Source: Myxococcota bacterium (lineage in GTDB: Bacteria > Myxococcota_A > UBA796 > CAJQPC01). Taken from it: a DNA stretch of 64,000 nt. Of the stretch, positions 9,183-19,452 are shown piece by piece (position 1 is the first letter of the stretch; each line of letters starts with the position of its first letter). Location of the stretch: contig JAZAMN010000049.1 of assembly GCA_036229005.1 (NCBI GenBank), positions 64,001 through 128,000 of the forward strand, read 5' to 3'. Below the pieces are notes generated by a model. The model ran no database searches. It was not told the DNA's origin and worked only from the letters and a program-made list of their open reading frames with translations. A program made the translations under genes and the position numbers.

Positions 9183-9967
9183 CCCACAGCTCGCTGCTCA
9201 GCCCCCGCCCCTTCAAGCCCGGCATCGCTGTGCCCATCTCCCTGGGCATGCACGGGCTGGTGGCCCTGGGGATCCTGATCGGCGCCAAGCTGGGCGGCCC
9301 GCCCGAGCCCCTCATCAACCCCGACGACGTGTTGATGGAGGTCTCCATGATGGCCATGCCCAAGCAGACCACCGCGATGCCTCAGAAGGCCTCCAGGGCA
9401 CCGGAGCCCGTAGCAGGCACCCCCGAGCCCGTCGTGGAGACGCCCCCCGTCAAGACCAACGCCGACCTCGTGGACCCCACCGTCCCCCCCGAGCCTCCCA
9501 AGGGGAAGGAGGAGGTGAAGCCGGATCCGGATCGCGAGAAGGCCCTGCGGGAGATGCGCCGCCAAGCCGCCTTGGCCAACCTGCAACCTGACGCACCGAC
9601 CGGCAGCGAGGACAGGCTGAGGACCTCGGCAGACGGCGTCGAGGGGGCCACCGGCTCCAGCCTGGGCAGCGCCGGCGACCCGGTGCTGGCGGCCTACCAC
9701 GAGGCCATCAAGCGCGCGGTCTTCCCCAACTTCAAGCCCATCCAGACGGATCCCACGCTCGAGGTGATCCTCTTGGTCACCATCGACAGCGCCGGGACCA
9801 TCCAGGGAATGAAGCTACGAAACGGGAGCGGGGACGCCAGCTTTGACGCCGCAGCACGGCGCGCACTGGAGAAGACCGGGGCGGTCCCGCCGGTGCCCCC
9901 GGAGCTGATGAAGGGGAAGAAAACAGTGACCCTGCCCCTTGCTTTCACACCAAAGGATGCACGGTGA
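9179..9967 (+). CDS. tolA: TolA/TonB-like energy transducer
   Basis: N-terminal TM helix with S-x3-H (SLGMH), Pro-rich linker, TonB_C-like end (SGDASFDAAARRAL). Lies between tolR and tolB. Confidence 0.75.
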   Translation: MTHSSLLSPRPFKPGIAVPISLGMHGLVALGILIGAKLGGPPEPLINPDDVLMEVSMMAMPKQTTAMPQKASRAPEPVAGTPEPVVETPPVKTNADLVDPTVPPEPPKGKEEVKPDPDREKALREMRRQAALANLQPDAPTGSEDRLRTSADGVEGATGSSLGSAGDPVLAAYHEAIKRAVFPNFKPIQTDPTLEVILLVTIDSAGTIQGMKLRNGSGDASFDAAARRALEKTGAVPPVPPELMKGKKTVTLPLAFTPKDAR

Positions 9968-11289
9968 AGCGACTGCTGGCCCTGACGGGCGTGATCGGAG
10001 CCCTCGGTGTCCTCGCTTGGGCCCAGGTGCCCGACGCGGTGGCGCAGGAGACCGACATCGAGAACGTTGTGGTGCGGATCTCGGCCCCTGGGGGCCAGGA
10101 CCTCCCCATCGCCCTCCCTCCCCCCAAGGGCGACGGCAGCGTCTCCGACACCGTCTGGGAGGTGGTCCGGCGGGACCTGGAGATGTCCGGGTTCTTCACC
10201 GTGATCGACCCCAACGCCTACATCGAGCCCGGGTCCGCCGGCCTGCGCGAGGGCGAGTTCCAGTGGAGCGACTGGGACGTCCCTGGGGCCGTGGTCCTGG
10301 CCAAGACCTCCCTCGCCAGCGTCAGCGCTGATCAGGTCTCCGCGGAGCTCTGGGTCTACGACGTGCCCGGCCGCGAGCGCCTGGGGGCCAAGCGCTTCAC
10401 CGCCAACTCCAGCAACGCCCGCTACGTCGGCCACCGCATCGCCGACGAGATCATCCTCCTGGTCTCCGGCAAGCCCGGCATCTTCACCACGCGCATCGCG
10501 GCGGTGTCCAAGGCCAGCGGCAACAAGGAGATCAAGCTCCTGGACGTGGACGGCCACAACATCCGCTCGGTCACCCGGAACGGGAGCATCAACCTGCAGC
10601 CCGCCTGGGACTCGACCGGCGGCAAGATCGCCTGGACCAGCTACCGCTCCGGCAACCCCGACCTGTATGTGGCCGACCTGGCCAACGGGACGGTGCGCAG
10701 GGTCTCCTCGCGCTCGGGCGTCAACATCGGAGCCGCCTTCGCCCCCGGCCAGGACCTGCTGGCCCTGACCCTCTCCAGCGGCGCCCGGGGGGACACCGAC
10801 ATCTTCGGCATCCGGGCCTCGGACGGCAAGCTCGTCGCCCAGCTCACCAAGGCGCCCGGCATCGACGTCTCGCCGAGCTTCTCCCCTGACGGCAGCCAGA
10901 TCGTGTTCGCCAGCGAGCGCAGCGGCGGCCTCCAGCTCTACGTGATGCCCACCAGCGGTGGAGACGCCCGCCGCATCACCTTCCAGGGCAACCACAACAC
11001 GGACCCCTCGTGGTCACCGGACGGCCAGCGCATCGCGTTCGTGGGCCGAGACGGTCAGTTCGACGTGTTCACCGTACGACCGGACGGCAGCGACATGACC
11101 CGAATCACCCAGGGCGAGGGAAGCAACGAGGACCCCACCTGGTCCCCCGACTCCCGCTACATCGCCTTCTCCAGCACCCGCTCCGGGGGCGCGCACATCT
11201 GGATGAGCACGGCGGATGGCCGGCACCAGGTGCAGCTCACCCAGAGCCAGGGTCCCTGGAGCAACCCCGCCTGGTCCCCCGGGAGCTGA
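9964..11289 (+). CDS. tolB: TolB
   Basis: Signal peptide, TolB_N-like region (DLEMSGFF; HRIADEI..GIFTTRIA), PD40 repeats (PSFSPDG, PSWSPDG, PTWSPD). Confidence 0.9.
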   Translation: MKRLLALTGVIGALGVLAWAQVPDAVAQETDIENVVVRISAPGGQDLPIALPPPKGDGSVSDTVWEVVRRDLEMSGFFTVIDPNAYIEPGSAGLREGEFQWSDWDVPGAVVLAKTSLASVSADQVSAELWVYDVPGRERLGAKRFTANSSNARYVGHRIADEIILLVSGKPGIFTTRIAAVSKASGNKEIKLLDVDGHNIRSVTRNGSINLQPAWDSTGGKIAWTSYRSGNPDLYVADLANGTVRRVSSRSGVNIGAAFAPGQDLLALTLSSGARGDTDIFGIRASDGKLVAQLTKAPGIDVSPSFSPDGSQIVFASERSGGLQLYVMPTSGGDARRITFQGNHNTDPSWSPDGQRIAFVGRDGQFDVFTVRPDGSDMTRITQGEGSNEDPTWSPDSRYIAFSSTRSGGAHIWMSTADGRHQVQLTQSQGPWSNPAWSPGS

Positions 11290-11293
11290 GCCC

Positions 11294-12214
11294 ATGCCCT
11301 ACGCCGCGATCGACCTGGGCTCCAACAGCCTGCTGCTGGCCATCGAAGCCGACGACGGGAGCGTCCTCCACGACGAGGCCCACGTGGTCGGCCTGGGCAA
11401 GGGCCTGGGCGACATGGGGCGCTTCGACCCCGCGCGCATGGCCCACGCGGAGAAGGTGCTGACCCGCTTCGTCGAGATCGCCGCCTCCCACGGCGTCCCC
11501 CCCCACCGGGTCCGGGCCTGCGCCACCAGCGGGGCCCGACGCGCGACCAACGCCGGCGAGTTCTTCGACCGCATCCGCGCGGAGCTGGGCCTGGACATCC
11601 AGACCATCTCCGGAGAGCAGGAGGCCGTCTACGCCTACCTGGGCGCCCTCAGCGACCTCGGCGAGCACCCAAAGCCAGTGCTGGTCATCGACTTGGGCGG
11701 TGGGAGCACGGAGCTGATCATCGGCTCCGGGAGCACCATGCACTTCCGCATCAGCCTGGAGGTGGGCGCGGTTCGGCTGACCGAGGCCTTCGGGTTGGAC
11801 GGTCCAGAGCCTGACCTGGAGGGTGCCCGTCGCCACCTCGACGACCTCCTGGGGGCGGTGGCCTTCCCCCAGCTCCCGGCCCACGCCGTGGCCGTCGCGG
11901 GGACCGCCACAACTTTGGCTGCAATGACCCTGGGCCTCCAGTCCTATGACGGGGCGAAGGTCCACGGGAGTCGGCTGAACCTGGACGACCTTCTGCACTG
12001 GAGGGACACCCTACTGAGCGCATCCCCTGAGCGTCGCCGGGAGCTGGCGGCGGTCTCCATCGAGCGCGCCCCCTACCTGGCTGCGGGGGCCTGCGTGATC
12101 GCGGCAGTGCTGGACTATTCCGGGCTTTCGGCCTGTCAGGTATCCAACCGGGGCCTGCGCTTCGGCGTCGTTGAGATGCTTCGAAACCCGGATCAGGGCG
12201 GCAACCTCACCTGA
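11294..12214 (+). CDS. ppx: Ppx/GppA family phosphatase (short form)
   Basis: AAIDLGSNS, ATSGARRATN, ISGEQEA, IDLGGGSTE and GLRFG. Confidence 0.88.
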   Translation: MPYAAIDLGSNSLLLAIEADDGSVLHDEAHVVGLGKGLGDMGRFDPARMAHAEKVLTRFVEIAASHGVPPHRVRACATSGARRATNAGEFFDRIRAELGLDIQTISGEQEAVYAYLGALSDLGEHPKPVLVIDLGGGSTELIIGSGSTMHFRISLEVGAVRLTEAFGLDGPEPDLEGARRHLDDLLGAVAFPQLPAHAVAVAGTATTLAAMTLGLQSYDGAKVHGSRLNLDDLLHWRDTLLSASPERRRELAAVSIERAPYLAAGACVIAAVLDYSGLSACQVSNRGLRFGVVEMLRNPDQGGNLT

Positions 12215-12265
12215 ACCTGAGTGCGGTCAGGGACTTTAGGTCTCTCTCGCAATCTCACAAGGTGC

Positions 12266-12293
12266 TTGCAAAAAAGACACGCCTCGCTAAACT
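12266..12293 (+). promoter_or_regulatory. Putative sigma70 promoter of the repeat lipoprotein
   Basis: TTGCAA-N16-TAAACT in an AT-richer intergenic region upstream of ATG 12329. Confidence 0.5.
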
Positions 12294-12328
12294 CGGGCCC
12301 AGCCGACTTTCCGTCTTTGGAGCCCGAA

Positions 12329-14872
12329 ATGAGCGCATCCAGCCTGTTGCTTGTCCTGTCCCTCTTCGCCTGCAAGGACGGCGGGGACACCACCGGTACC
12401 CCTCTGGAGACCGACACCGGCTCCGTGGAGCTCCAGGACGCCGACGGCGACGGCTTCACCGCCGAGGATGACTGCGACGACAACAACGCCGGCATCTACC
12501 CGGGCGCGGTCGAGATCTGCGACGGCAACGACAACAACTGCAACGACCAGATCGATGAGGACGTCACCACGACGTACTACCAGGACTCGGACAACGACGG
12601 CTTCGGCGATGACGCTGTATCCACCGAGGCCTGCGAGAAGCCCCCCGGCTATGTCCCTGTCGGCGGCGACTGTGACGACGGCGAGGCCGCGGCCAACCCG
12701 GGCATGACCGAGGTCTGCGACTACATCGACAACAACTGCGATGGCAGCGTCGACGAGGGCACCACCGCGACCTACTACGCCGACGCCGATCTGGACGGCT
12801 TCGGCGACCCCACCGTGAGCCTGGACGAGTGCCGCCAGCCCAAGGGCTACGTCACCAACAAGCTCGACTGTGACGACACCAACGCCTACGCCTGGCCCGG
12901 CAACGCCGAGGTCTGTGACGAGGCCGACAACGACTGCGACAGCAGCGTCGACGAGGGCGTCACCACCACCTACTACGCCGACTTCGACTCCGACAGCTAC
13001 GGCGACGACGCCCTCACCGCCGAAGCCTGCAGCCTCCCCACCGGCTACGCCGAGGTCGGCGGTGACTGCGACGACAGCGAGCCTCTGGCCAACCCGGCCG
13101 AGACCGAGGTCTGCGACACCATCGACAACAACTGCGATGGCACGGTGGACGAGGACAGCGCGGCTGACGCGGCGACCTGGTACGCCGACTCCGACTCCGA
13201 CGCCTACGGCGACGCCTCGGTGACCACCACCTCCTGCAGCCAGCCCAGCGGCTACGTCGCCGACGCCACCGACTGTGATGACACCGACGGCACCGAGTAC
13301 CCGGGCGCTGACGAGTACTGCGACGGCGACGACGACGACTGCGACGGCGACATCGACGAGGACGACGCCATCGACGCGGCGACCTGGTACTACGACGCCG
13401 ACAGCGACGGCTACGGCGACAGCACCAACACCGACCTCTCCTGCAGCCAGCCCAGCGGCTACGTCGCCGACAGCACCGACTGTGACGACCTGGACGCCAC
13501 CAGCTACCCCGGTGGCACCGAGGTCTGTGACTCCGCCGACAACGACTGCAACGGCACGGTCGACGACAACCCCACGGACGGCGACACCTACTACGCCGAC
13601 ACCGACTCCGACGGCTTTGGCGACCCCGCCAGCACCGTCATCGCCTGCTCGGTGCCCTCCGGCTACTCCGACAACACCTACGACTGCGACGACGCGGACT
13701 CCTTGGAGCCCATGGTGGTCGACACCGCCACCGGCTCCTCCTCCGGCGACGGCAGTTCCTCCGCTCCCTTCGACGCCATCCAGGACGGCATCGACAGCGC
13801 CACCGAGTGCGTGGTGGTCTACGGCGGCACCTACTACGAGGCCATCGACTTCGGCGGCCGTGACCTGGCCGTGACCGGCGTCGAAGGCTCGGGCCGCACC
13901 ACCATCGACGCCTCTGGCCTCGGTGAGCCGGTCGTCACCTTCGACAGCGGCGAGACCGCCGCTGCGGAGCTCAGCGGCTTCACCCTGACCGGCGGCGAGG
14001 GCTACTACTACTACTACGAGGAGTCCCGCTCCTGCTCCTCGGTGACCACCTGCACCGACAAGTACTACACCTACTGGGGCGGTGGCATCTACGTCGAGAA
14101 CTCCGACCCGACCCTCTACGACCTGGAGATCACCCGCAACGATCTCGAGGACTACGACTTCGTCGACGGTCAGTCGGTCTCCGCCACGGGCGACAGCTAC
14201 ACCTTCTCCTACGGTGGCGGCATCGCCCTGGTCGGCAGCAACAGCGCCATGTACAACCTCAGCATCGACAACAACGATGCGGTCGAGGGCGGCGGCGTCT
14301 ACATCGACTCCACCTCGACGGTGAGCCTGGACACCAGCTTCGTCATCGACAACACCGCCCTGGATGGGGCCGGCATCGAGATCGACGGCGGCAGCCTCAG
14401 CGAGACCAACGTGGTCAACGCCGACAACGAGGCCACCGAAGATGGCGGCGGCGTCCTGGTCCTCAGCGGCACCCTCTCCACCCAGAACGTGACCTACGCC
14501 GACAACGACGCGGGCACCTACGGCGCAGCCATCTACTACAACGGTAGCTCCTCGGGCACCCTGGCCAGCTCGATCGTCTACGTCGACAGCACCGCCAACG
14601 CGGTCCAGGCCGACGCCACCGCCAGCTTCGCCGGCAGCTACACCAACGTGTACAACGTCAGCGGCGGCTCCTATGGCGGCCTCTCCGACCCCACCGGCAC
14701 CTCCGGCAACATCAGCAGCGATCCGCTGTTCGTGGACGCCGCTGGCGACGACTGGACCCTGGACACCGGCTCCCCCTCCATCGACGCGGGTGACCCCTCC
14801 AGCTCCGACGCGGACGGCTCCGTCCCCGATCAGGGCGCCTTCGGTGGTCCCAGCTCCGACTGGAACGACTGA
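12329..14872 (+). CDS. Acidic surface lipoprotein with 'putative metal-binding motif' (MopE-related, PF11617-like) repeats and a C-terminal right-handed beta-helix
   Basis: Lipobox LFAC. Six DCDD...PG..E.CD..DN.C repeats plus a partial seventh. GGGI/GGGV/GAGI repeats and SPSIDAGDP...DQGAFGG ending. Confidence 0.8.
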   Translation: MSASSLLLVLSLFACKDGGDTTGTPLETDTGSVELQDADGDGFTAEDDCDDNNAGIYPGAVEICDGNDNNCNDQIDEDVTTTYYQDSDNDGFGDDAVSTEACEKPPGYVPVGGDCDDGEAAANPGMTEVCDYIDNNCDGSVDEGTTATYYADADLDGFGDPTVSLDECRQPKGYVTNKLDCDDTNAYAWPGNAEVCDEADNDCDSSVDEGVTTTYYADFDSDSYGDDALTAEACSLPTGYAEVGGDCDDSEPLANPAETEVCDTIDNNCDGTVDEDSAADAATWYADSDSDAYGDASVTTTSCSQPSGYVADATDCDDTDGTEYPGADEYCDGDDDDCDGDIDEDDAIDAATWYYDADSDGYGDSTNTDLSCSQPSGYVADSTDCDDLDATSYPGGTEVCDSADNDCNGTVDDNPTDGDTYYADTDSDGFGDPASTVIACSVPSGYSDNTYDCDDADSLEPMVVDTATGSSSGDGSSSAPFDAIQDGIDSATECVVVYGGTYYEAIDFGGRDLAVTGVEGSGRTTIDASGLGEPVVTFDSGETAAAELSGFTLTGGEGYYYYYEESRSCSSVTTCTDKYYTYWGGGIYVENSDPTLYDLEITRNDLEDYDFVDGQSVSATGDSYTFSYGGGIALVGSNSAMYNLSIDNNDAVEGGGVYIDSTSTVSLDTSFVIDNTALDGAGIEIDGGSLSETNVVNADNEATEDGGGVLVLSGTLSTQNVTYADNDAGTYGAAIYYNGSSSGTLASSIVYVDSTANAVQADATASFAGSYTNVYNVSGGSYGGLSDPTGTSGNISSDPLFVDAAGDDWTLDTGSPSIDAGDPSSSDADGSVPDQGAFGGPSSDWND
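12437..13700 (+). repeat. Intragenic tandem repeats of about 62-69 aa (YYxDxDxDGxGD...C...GY...DCDD...E.CD..D.DC)
   Basis: Visible in protein and in DNA, e.g. CTGCAGCCAGCCCAGCGGCTACGTCGCCGAC occurs twice. Confidence 0.9.
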
Positions 14873-14893
14873 GAGCCCTCGGCTTGAGTCTGC

Positions 14894-14921
14894 ATCGGGG
14901 CCCTCTCGGGGGCCCCGATTT
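14894..14921 (+). terminator. Intrinsic terminator after the repeat lipoprotein
   Basis: ATCGGGGCCC-loop-GGGCCCCGAT followed by TT. Confidence 0.65.
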
Positions 14922-14980
14922 GCTCTGTGGCCCCGTGTTCGCTCTGCCCACATTCAGTGGGAGACACAGACGCAGACACG

Positions 14981-15006
14981 AAAAAACCCGCCCCCGTGGG
15001 GGCGGG
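14981..15006 (-). terminator. Intrinsic terminator of tRNA-Gly
   Basis: CCCGCCCCC/GGGGGCGGG stem followed on the minus strand by T6, just past the tRNA 3' end. Confidence 0.85.
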
Positions 15007-15013
15007 CATTCGA

Positions 15014-15089
15014 TGGAGCGGGCGACGGGATTCGAACCCGCGACAACAAGCTTGGGAAGCTTGGACTCTACCAACTGAGCTACACCCGC
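15014..15089 (-). tRNA. tRNA-Gly(CCC)
   Basis: Reverse complement GCGGGTGTAGCTCAGTTGGTAGAGTCCAAGCTTCCCAAGCTTGTTGTCGCGGGTTCGAATCCCGTCGCCCGCTCCA: 76 nt, anticodon arm CAAGC-TTCCCAA-GCTTG, TTCGAA T-loop, encoded CCA. Confidence 0.97.
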
Positions 15090-15108
15090 GTAACAAGCTG
15101 ACCCCGAG

Positions 15109-15137
15109 AATCTAAGCCAGCGCTCCGAGTCCGGCAA
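15109..15137 (-). promoter_or_regulatory. sigma70 promoter of tRNA-Gly
   Basis: Minus strand TTGCCG-N17-TAGATT, about 20 nt upstream of the tRNA. Confidence 0.7.
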
Positions 15138-15149
15138 GGCCCAAGCGCG

Positions 15150-17027
15150 TCAACGCCCGAGCTTCTTGCGCAGGACCCGCACCCTGGCGGCGACATCCTT
15201 GGCCCGCCAGGTGCGGTCGAGATCGTGGATCTGCTTGAGGCTGCGCAGCGCGAGCTTGGCCTTGCCCGCCCGGCCCGCCAGATCCGCGAGCTCGAAGGTT
15301 GCCTCCATCCAGCCCGGCTCCGACTCGTCGGCCTCGTCCAGCTCGTCCCGGAGCTCCCCCAGGGCGCCGCTCAGATCCCCCAGCTCCCGCTGACAGCGAG
15401 CGCGCAGCGCCGCGGCCTCCAGCCCAGAGACACCCTCCAGCGCCTGACGTGCATCGGCGAACTCTCCCATGCCCATCAGCCCCCGCGCCTCGTCCATCTG
15501 GGCCTGGGGGTCCACCGCCGGTTCGTCGTCGTCCAGATCGTCCAGGCCCGCGAAGGGATCCATGTCGTCCGGGTCGATCTCCGCCAGCGTGCCGTCCCCT
15601 ACCCCCGCGAAGGGGTCACCCGGGTCACCGAAGGGGTCACTGAGCCCCCCAGCATCCCCGAAGGGGTCCAGCTCGTCCTGGGAGGGAGGAGGAGGCGCGT
15701 AGGCCCTCTCAGTGCGCTTCTGCACCGCCTGAGCTGGGGCCGCCGCCATGGGCGGCTCGGTGTCCTCGTCATCGATCAACTCGTCTTCATCGTCGAGGTC
15801 AGGCTCTGCCTGGGCGACAGGCGCCGCGATGCCCAGACGGTGTAGGCAGATCTCCGCGCGCTCCCGGTCCTCTTGAGGACAGCCCTCGAAGAAGCGCATG
15901 CCCAGACGCTGCGCCGTCTTGTCGTCGCCCTCGAGCAGCGCGACCTCGGCACGCCAAGCCAGCAGCGCGAGATCCTGGGGGTGCTCGGTGCGCGCCTGGT
16001 CCAGCACGGAGGCCGCGCGGTCCACAAAGCCGTAGCGCACGAACACCTCTGCCTGGACGCAGGGGCGCCCCACCTCGTTGTCGGCGGGCTTGGCGCTCTC
16101 CAGGTCGTACAGACGCAGCTCAGCGCGCTCCAGGGCCTGCTGTGCCCGCCCCAGCGCCTGCCCCACGTCCCCACCCGCCCGCTGGGCGCGCTCAAGGGTC
16201 GCCACCCAAGCCCGGGGGTCATCCTGCTGCTCATGGACCGCAGCGAGCGCCGTCAGCACACGCAGGGCCTTGGGGTGGTCCCCCACGTGCTCAAAGCAGC
16301 GCGCCATCAGGTCCAGCACCACCGGGTCGCTGGGATTCTCGGCGAAAGCAGGCTGCAGGTGCTGCAGCGCCGTCTGCACATCGTCGATGGCCAAGGAGGC
16401 CTCGGCGGCGGCTTGAAGCAGCTCGGAGTCCCCGGGCTTGAGCTCCAGCGCGCGCACCGCGAGCCTGCCCATCTCCTCCATCTGGCCGCGCTGCCGGTAG
16501 AAGCGCATCCCGCGCTCGTAATAGCTGTAGGCCCGCTTGATCATGTTCTGGGCCACCAGGCCCTCGGCGATCTCCTGGATGAAGGGGATGTCCGACGGGT
16601 CCATGGCAAGGCGCATGTCGGCGAAGCTCAGGGCGGTCTCGATGTCCTGCCGCTGCAGCGTTCGCCAGGCCTTCTCCAGCAGCGGCCGCGCCTCCTTGAG
16701 GCGGCCCAGGTTCCGGTACGCCTCGCCGAGACGGCCGGTCACCTCGCTGTCATCCGGCGCCAGACGCTTGACCTGCAACAGCACGGCCACCAGCGCGCGG
16801 TGGTTGCCGTCGTGGCGGTAGACCTTGACGAGTTGGCGGTACTGTTTCTCGGCGTCGCGCTCGCGGCCATCCTTGAGCAGCACCTCGGCCAGCTTCTGGC
16901 GGATGCGCCGATCCCGCGGGTCGAGCCGCAGGATCTGGGTGTAGGTGCGCGTCGCACGGTCAAACTGGTTGCGGGAGAGCTCGCGCAGGGCGCGTTGCTC
17001 CAGCTCGTTGCGATCCAGGTCTGCCAA
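15150..17027 (-). CDS. TPR protein, SgmX-like (type IV pilus activation factor)
   Basis: N-terminal TPR array (FDRATRTYTQILRLDPRDRRIRQKLAE), EVFVRYG motif, acidic linker, C-terminal TPRs. Lies directly after accC in a pil locus. GGAGG RBS before TTG. Confidence 0.65.
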   Translation of the reverse strand: MADLDRNELEQRALRELSRNQFDRATRTYTQILRLDPRDRRIRQKLAEVLLKDGRERDAEKQYRQLVKVYRHDGNHRALVAVLLQVKRLAPDDSEVTGRLGEAYRNLGRLKEARPLLEKAWRTLQRQDIETALSFADMRLAMDPSDIPFIQEIAEGLVAQNMIKRAYSYYERGMRFYRQRGQMEEMGRLAVRALELKPGDSELLQAAAEASLAIDDVQTALQHLQPAFAENPSDPVVLDLMARCFEHVGDHPKALRVLTALAAVHEQQDDPRAWVATLERAQRAGGDVGQALGRAQQALERAELRLYDLESAKPADNEVGRPCVQAEVFVRYGFVDRAASVLDQARTEHPQDLALLAWRAEVALLEGDDKTAQRLGMRFFEGCPQEDRERAEICLHRLGIAAPVAQAEPDLDDEDELIDDEDTEPPMAAAPAQAVQKRTERAYAPPPPSQDELDPFGDAGGLSDPFGDPGDPFAGVGDGTLAEIDPDDMDPFAGLDDLDDDEPAVDPQAQMDEARGLMGMGEFADARQALEGVSGLEAAALRARCQRELGDLSGALGELRDELDEADESEPGWMEATFELADLAGRAGKAKLALRSLKQIHDLDRTWRAKDVAARVRVLRKKLGR

Positions 17028-17114
17028 CTGCAGCCTCCGTGCCCGGGGAAAGTGCCCTCACCGGGGAGGCGATCATGCCACAACCTGGGGGCCGGCGAAC
17101 CGGCCCCGCAGGGC

Positions 17115-18476
17115 TCAGCCTTCCTCGCGCCGGCGCGCCAGGTAGGCGTCGAGGGTCTTTGTGGTCATGGTGCCGGCCACGAAGTCCGGGTGGTTCAGCA
17201 GCTCCTTGTGCAGCGGGATCGTGGTGCGGATCCCCTCCACCACCGACTCCGCGAGCGCGCCCCGGAGCTTGGCCAAGGCCTGCTCGCGGGTGGGGGCCCA
17301 GGCGATCAGCTTGGCCACCATGGAGTCGTAGTAGGGCTGCACCATTGCGTGCTCGTGCACTGCGGAGTCGATCCGGATGCCGGGCCCACCAGGGAGGAAC
17401 AGGGCCGTCACCAGGCCCGGGCTGGGCACGTGGGTGAAGGGATCCTCCGCGTTGATCCGCGCCTCGATGGCGTGGCCACGGACGACCACGTCCTCCTGCT
17501 TGACGGGCATGTGCTCGCCGGCGGCGACCTTGAGCTGGAGCTGGATGAGGTCGATGCCGGTGACCAGCTCGGTGACCGGGTGCTCCACCTGGATGCGGGG
17601 GTTGACCTCCAGGAAGAAGAACTCGTCCCCATCCACCAGGAACTCGACGGTCCCGACGGTGTGATAGCCGACACTCTGCACCAGGTTCACGGCGGCCTCG
17701 CGGATCCGCTCCACGAGCCCATCGGGCAGCGCGGGCGCGGGCGCCTCCTCCAGCACCTTCTGGTGGCGCCGCTGCATGGAGCAGTCGCGCTCAGCGAGGT
17801 GGATCGCGTTCCCGTGCATGTCACCGGCCACCTGCACCTCGATGTGGCGCGGACGGCGCAGGAAGCGCTCGATGAACACCTCGCCGTTGCCGAAGGCCGC
17901 CAGGGCCTCGGTGCTGGTGAGGGTGAACACCCGGTGCAGCATCTCCTCGCTCTCGACCACGCGCATGCCCTTGCCGCCGCCACCAGCGGCCGCCTTGAGC
18001 ATCACGGGGTAGCCGACCTTGGCGGCGACCTCAGCGGCCTCCTCAGCGGTGGCCACCGAGCCGGTGGAGCCAGGGATCAGGGGCAACCCGGCCTCTCGGG
18101 CTGCGGCCTTGGCGCTCAGCTTGTCGCCGAAGGTCTTGAGCAGCTCCGGGCGGGGCCCCACAAAGGTCATGCCGTGGCTCTCGACCACCCGGGCGAACTG
18201 GGCGTTCTCAGCCAGGAAGCCGTAGCCGGGGTGCACGGCGTCAGCCCCGGTGATGTCGGCCGCGGAGATGACGTTGGAGACCTTGAGGTAGCTCTCGGTC
18301 GCCTGGGGCGGGCCGATGCACACGGACTCGTCAGCGAAGCGGACGTGCAGCGCGTTGGCGTCACACTGGGAGTACACCGCGACGGTGCGGATGCCGAGCT
18401 CACGGCAAGCGCGGATCACGCGCAGGGCGATTTCGCCCCGGTTCGCGATGAGGACCTTCTCGAAAGGCGCGCTCAC
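17115..18476 (-). CDS. accC: Acetyl-CoA carboxylase biotin carboxylase
   Basis: KVLIANRGEIA, HPGYGFLAEN, GGGGKGMR, ERDCSMQRRHQK, RIQVEHPVTE and YYDSM. Confidence 0.97.
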   Translation of the reverse strand: MSAPFEKVLIANRGEIALRVIRACRELGIRTVAVYSQCDANALHVRFADESVCIGPPQATESYLKVSNVISAADITGADAVHPGYGFLAENAQFARVVESHGMTFVGPRPELLKTFGDKLSAKAAAREAGLPLIPGSTGSVATAEEAAEVAAKVGYPVMLKAAAGGGGKGMRVVESEEMLHRVFTLTSTEALAAFGNGEVFIERFLRRPRHIEVQVAGDMHGNAIHLAERDCSMQRRHQKVLEEAPAPALPDGLVERIREAAVNLVQSVGYHTVGTVEFLVDGDEFFFLEVNPRIQVEHPVTELVTGIDLIQLQLKVAAGEHMPVKQEDVVVRGHAIEARINAEDPFTHVPSPGLVTALFLPGGPGIRIDSAVHEHAMVQPYYDSMVAKLIAWAPTREQALAKLRGALAESVVEGIRTTIPLHKELLNHPDFVAGTMTTKTLDAYLARRREEG

Positions 18477-18480
18477 GGGA

Positions 18481-18939
<459 letters not shown>

Positions 18940-18984
18940 GTAGGGCCTCCAGGGAGCGGAAGCTATCGGGTCCGCTCCCCAAGC

Positions 18985-19452
18985 TCAAGCCCGGGGAGCC
19001 CCCAGGCTTCGGACCAGGCCCTCGAGCCCCAGGCGGTAGCTGTCCAGGCCAAAGCCCAGCACCTGCCCAGACGCCAGATCCGCCAGCAGGCTGCGGTGCC
19101 TGAAGGACTCCCGCGCGTGGACGTTGGAGATGTGGACCTCGACGAAGGGCAGATCGCTGCCGGCGAGGGCATCCCTCAGAGCGACGGAGGTGTGGGTGAA
19201 GCCCCCGGGGTTGATCAAGATCCCCGCGATCCCCTCATCCATCGCCTGGTGGATGCGGTCTATCAGCCCCCCCTCGTGGTTGGATTGGAAGTGCGACAGA
19301 CGCACCCCCAGCGCCTGGGCCTGCACGTCGAGCTGGGCCTGGAGCTCCCCGAGCGTCGTGTGCCCGTAGGTCTCCGGCTCCCGACGCCCCAGAAGGTTCA
19401 GGTTGGGGCCCTGGAGCACCAGGATGTGCAGGGACTCAGGCCCCATTGTCAT
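18985..19452 (-). CDS. aroQ: Type II 3-dehydroquinate dehydratase
   Basis: [32 protein letters not shown] and EVHISN. Confidence 0.96.
   Translation of the reverse strand: MTMGPESLHILVLQGPNLNLLGRREPETYGHTTLGELQAQLDVQAQALGVRLSHFQSNHEGGLIDRIHQAMDEGIAGILINPGGFTHTSVALRDALAGSDLPFVEVHISNVHARESFRHRSLLADLASGQVLGFGLDSYRLGLEGLVRSLGAPRA

Noticed and set aside
12437..13700. DNA repeat array as CRISPR or mobile element
   Set aside because: The repeats are in-frame, degenerate protein-domain repeats.
12180..15089. Genomic island integrated at tRNA-Gly carrying the repeat lipoprotein
   Set aside because: No integrase. The only att-like match (TTCGAAACCCG near 12180 versus TTCGAACCCG in the tRNA) is short, gapped and inside ppx. 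Codon usage is native.
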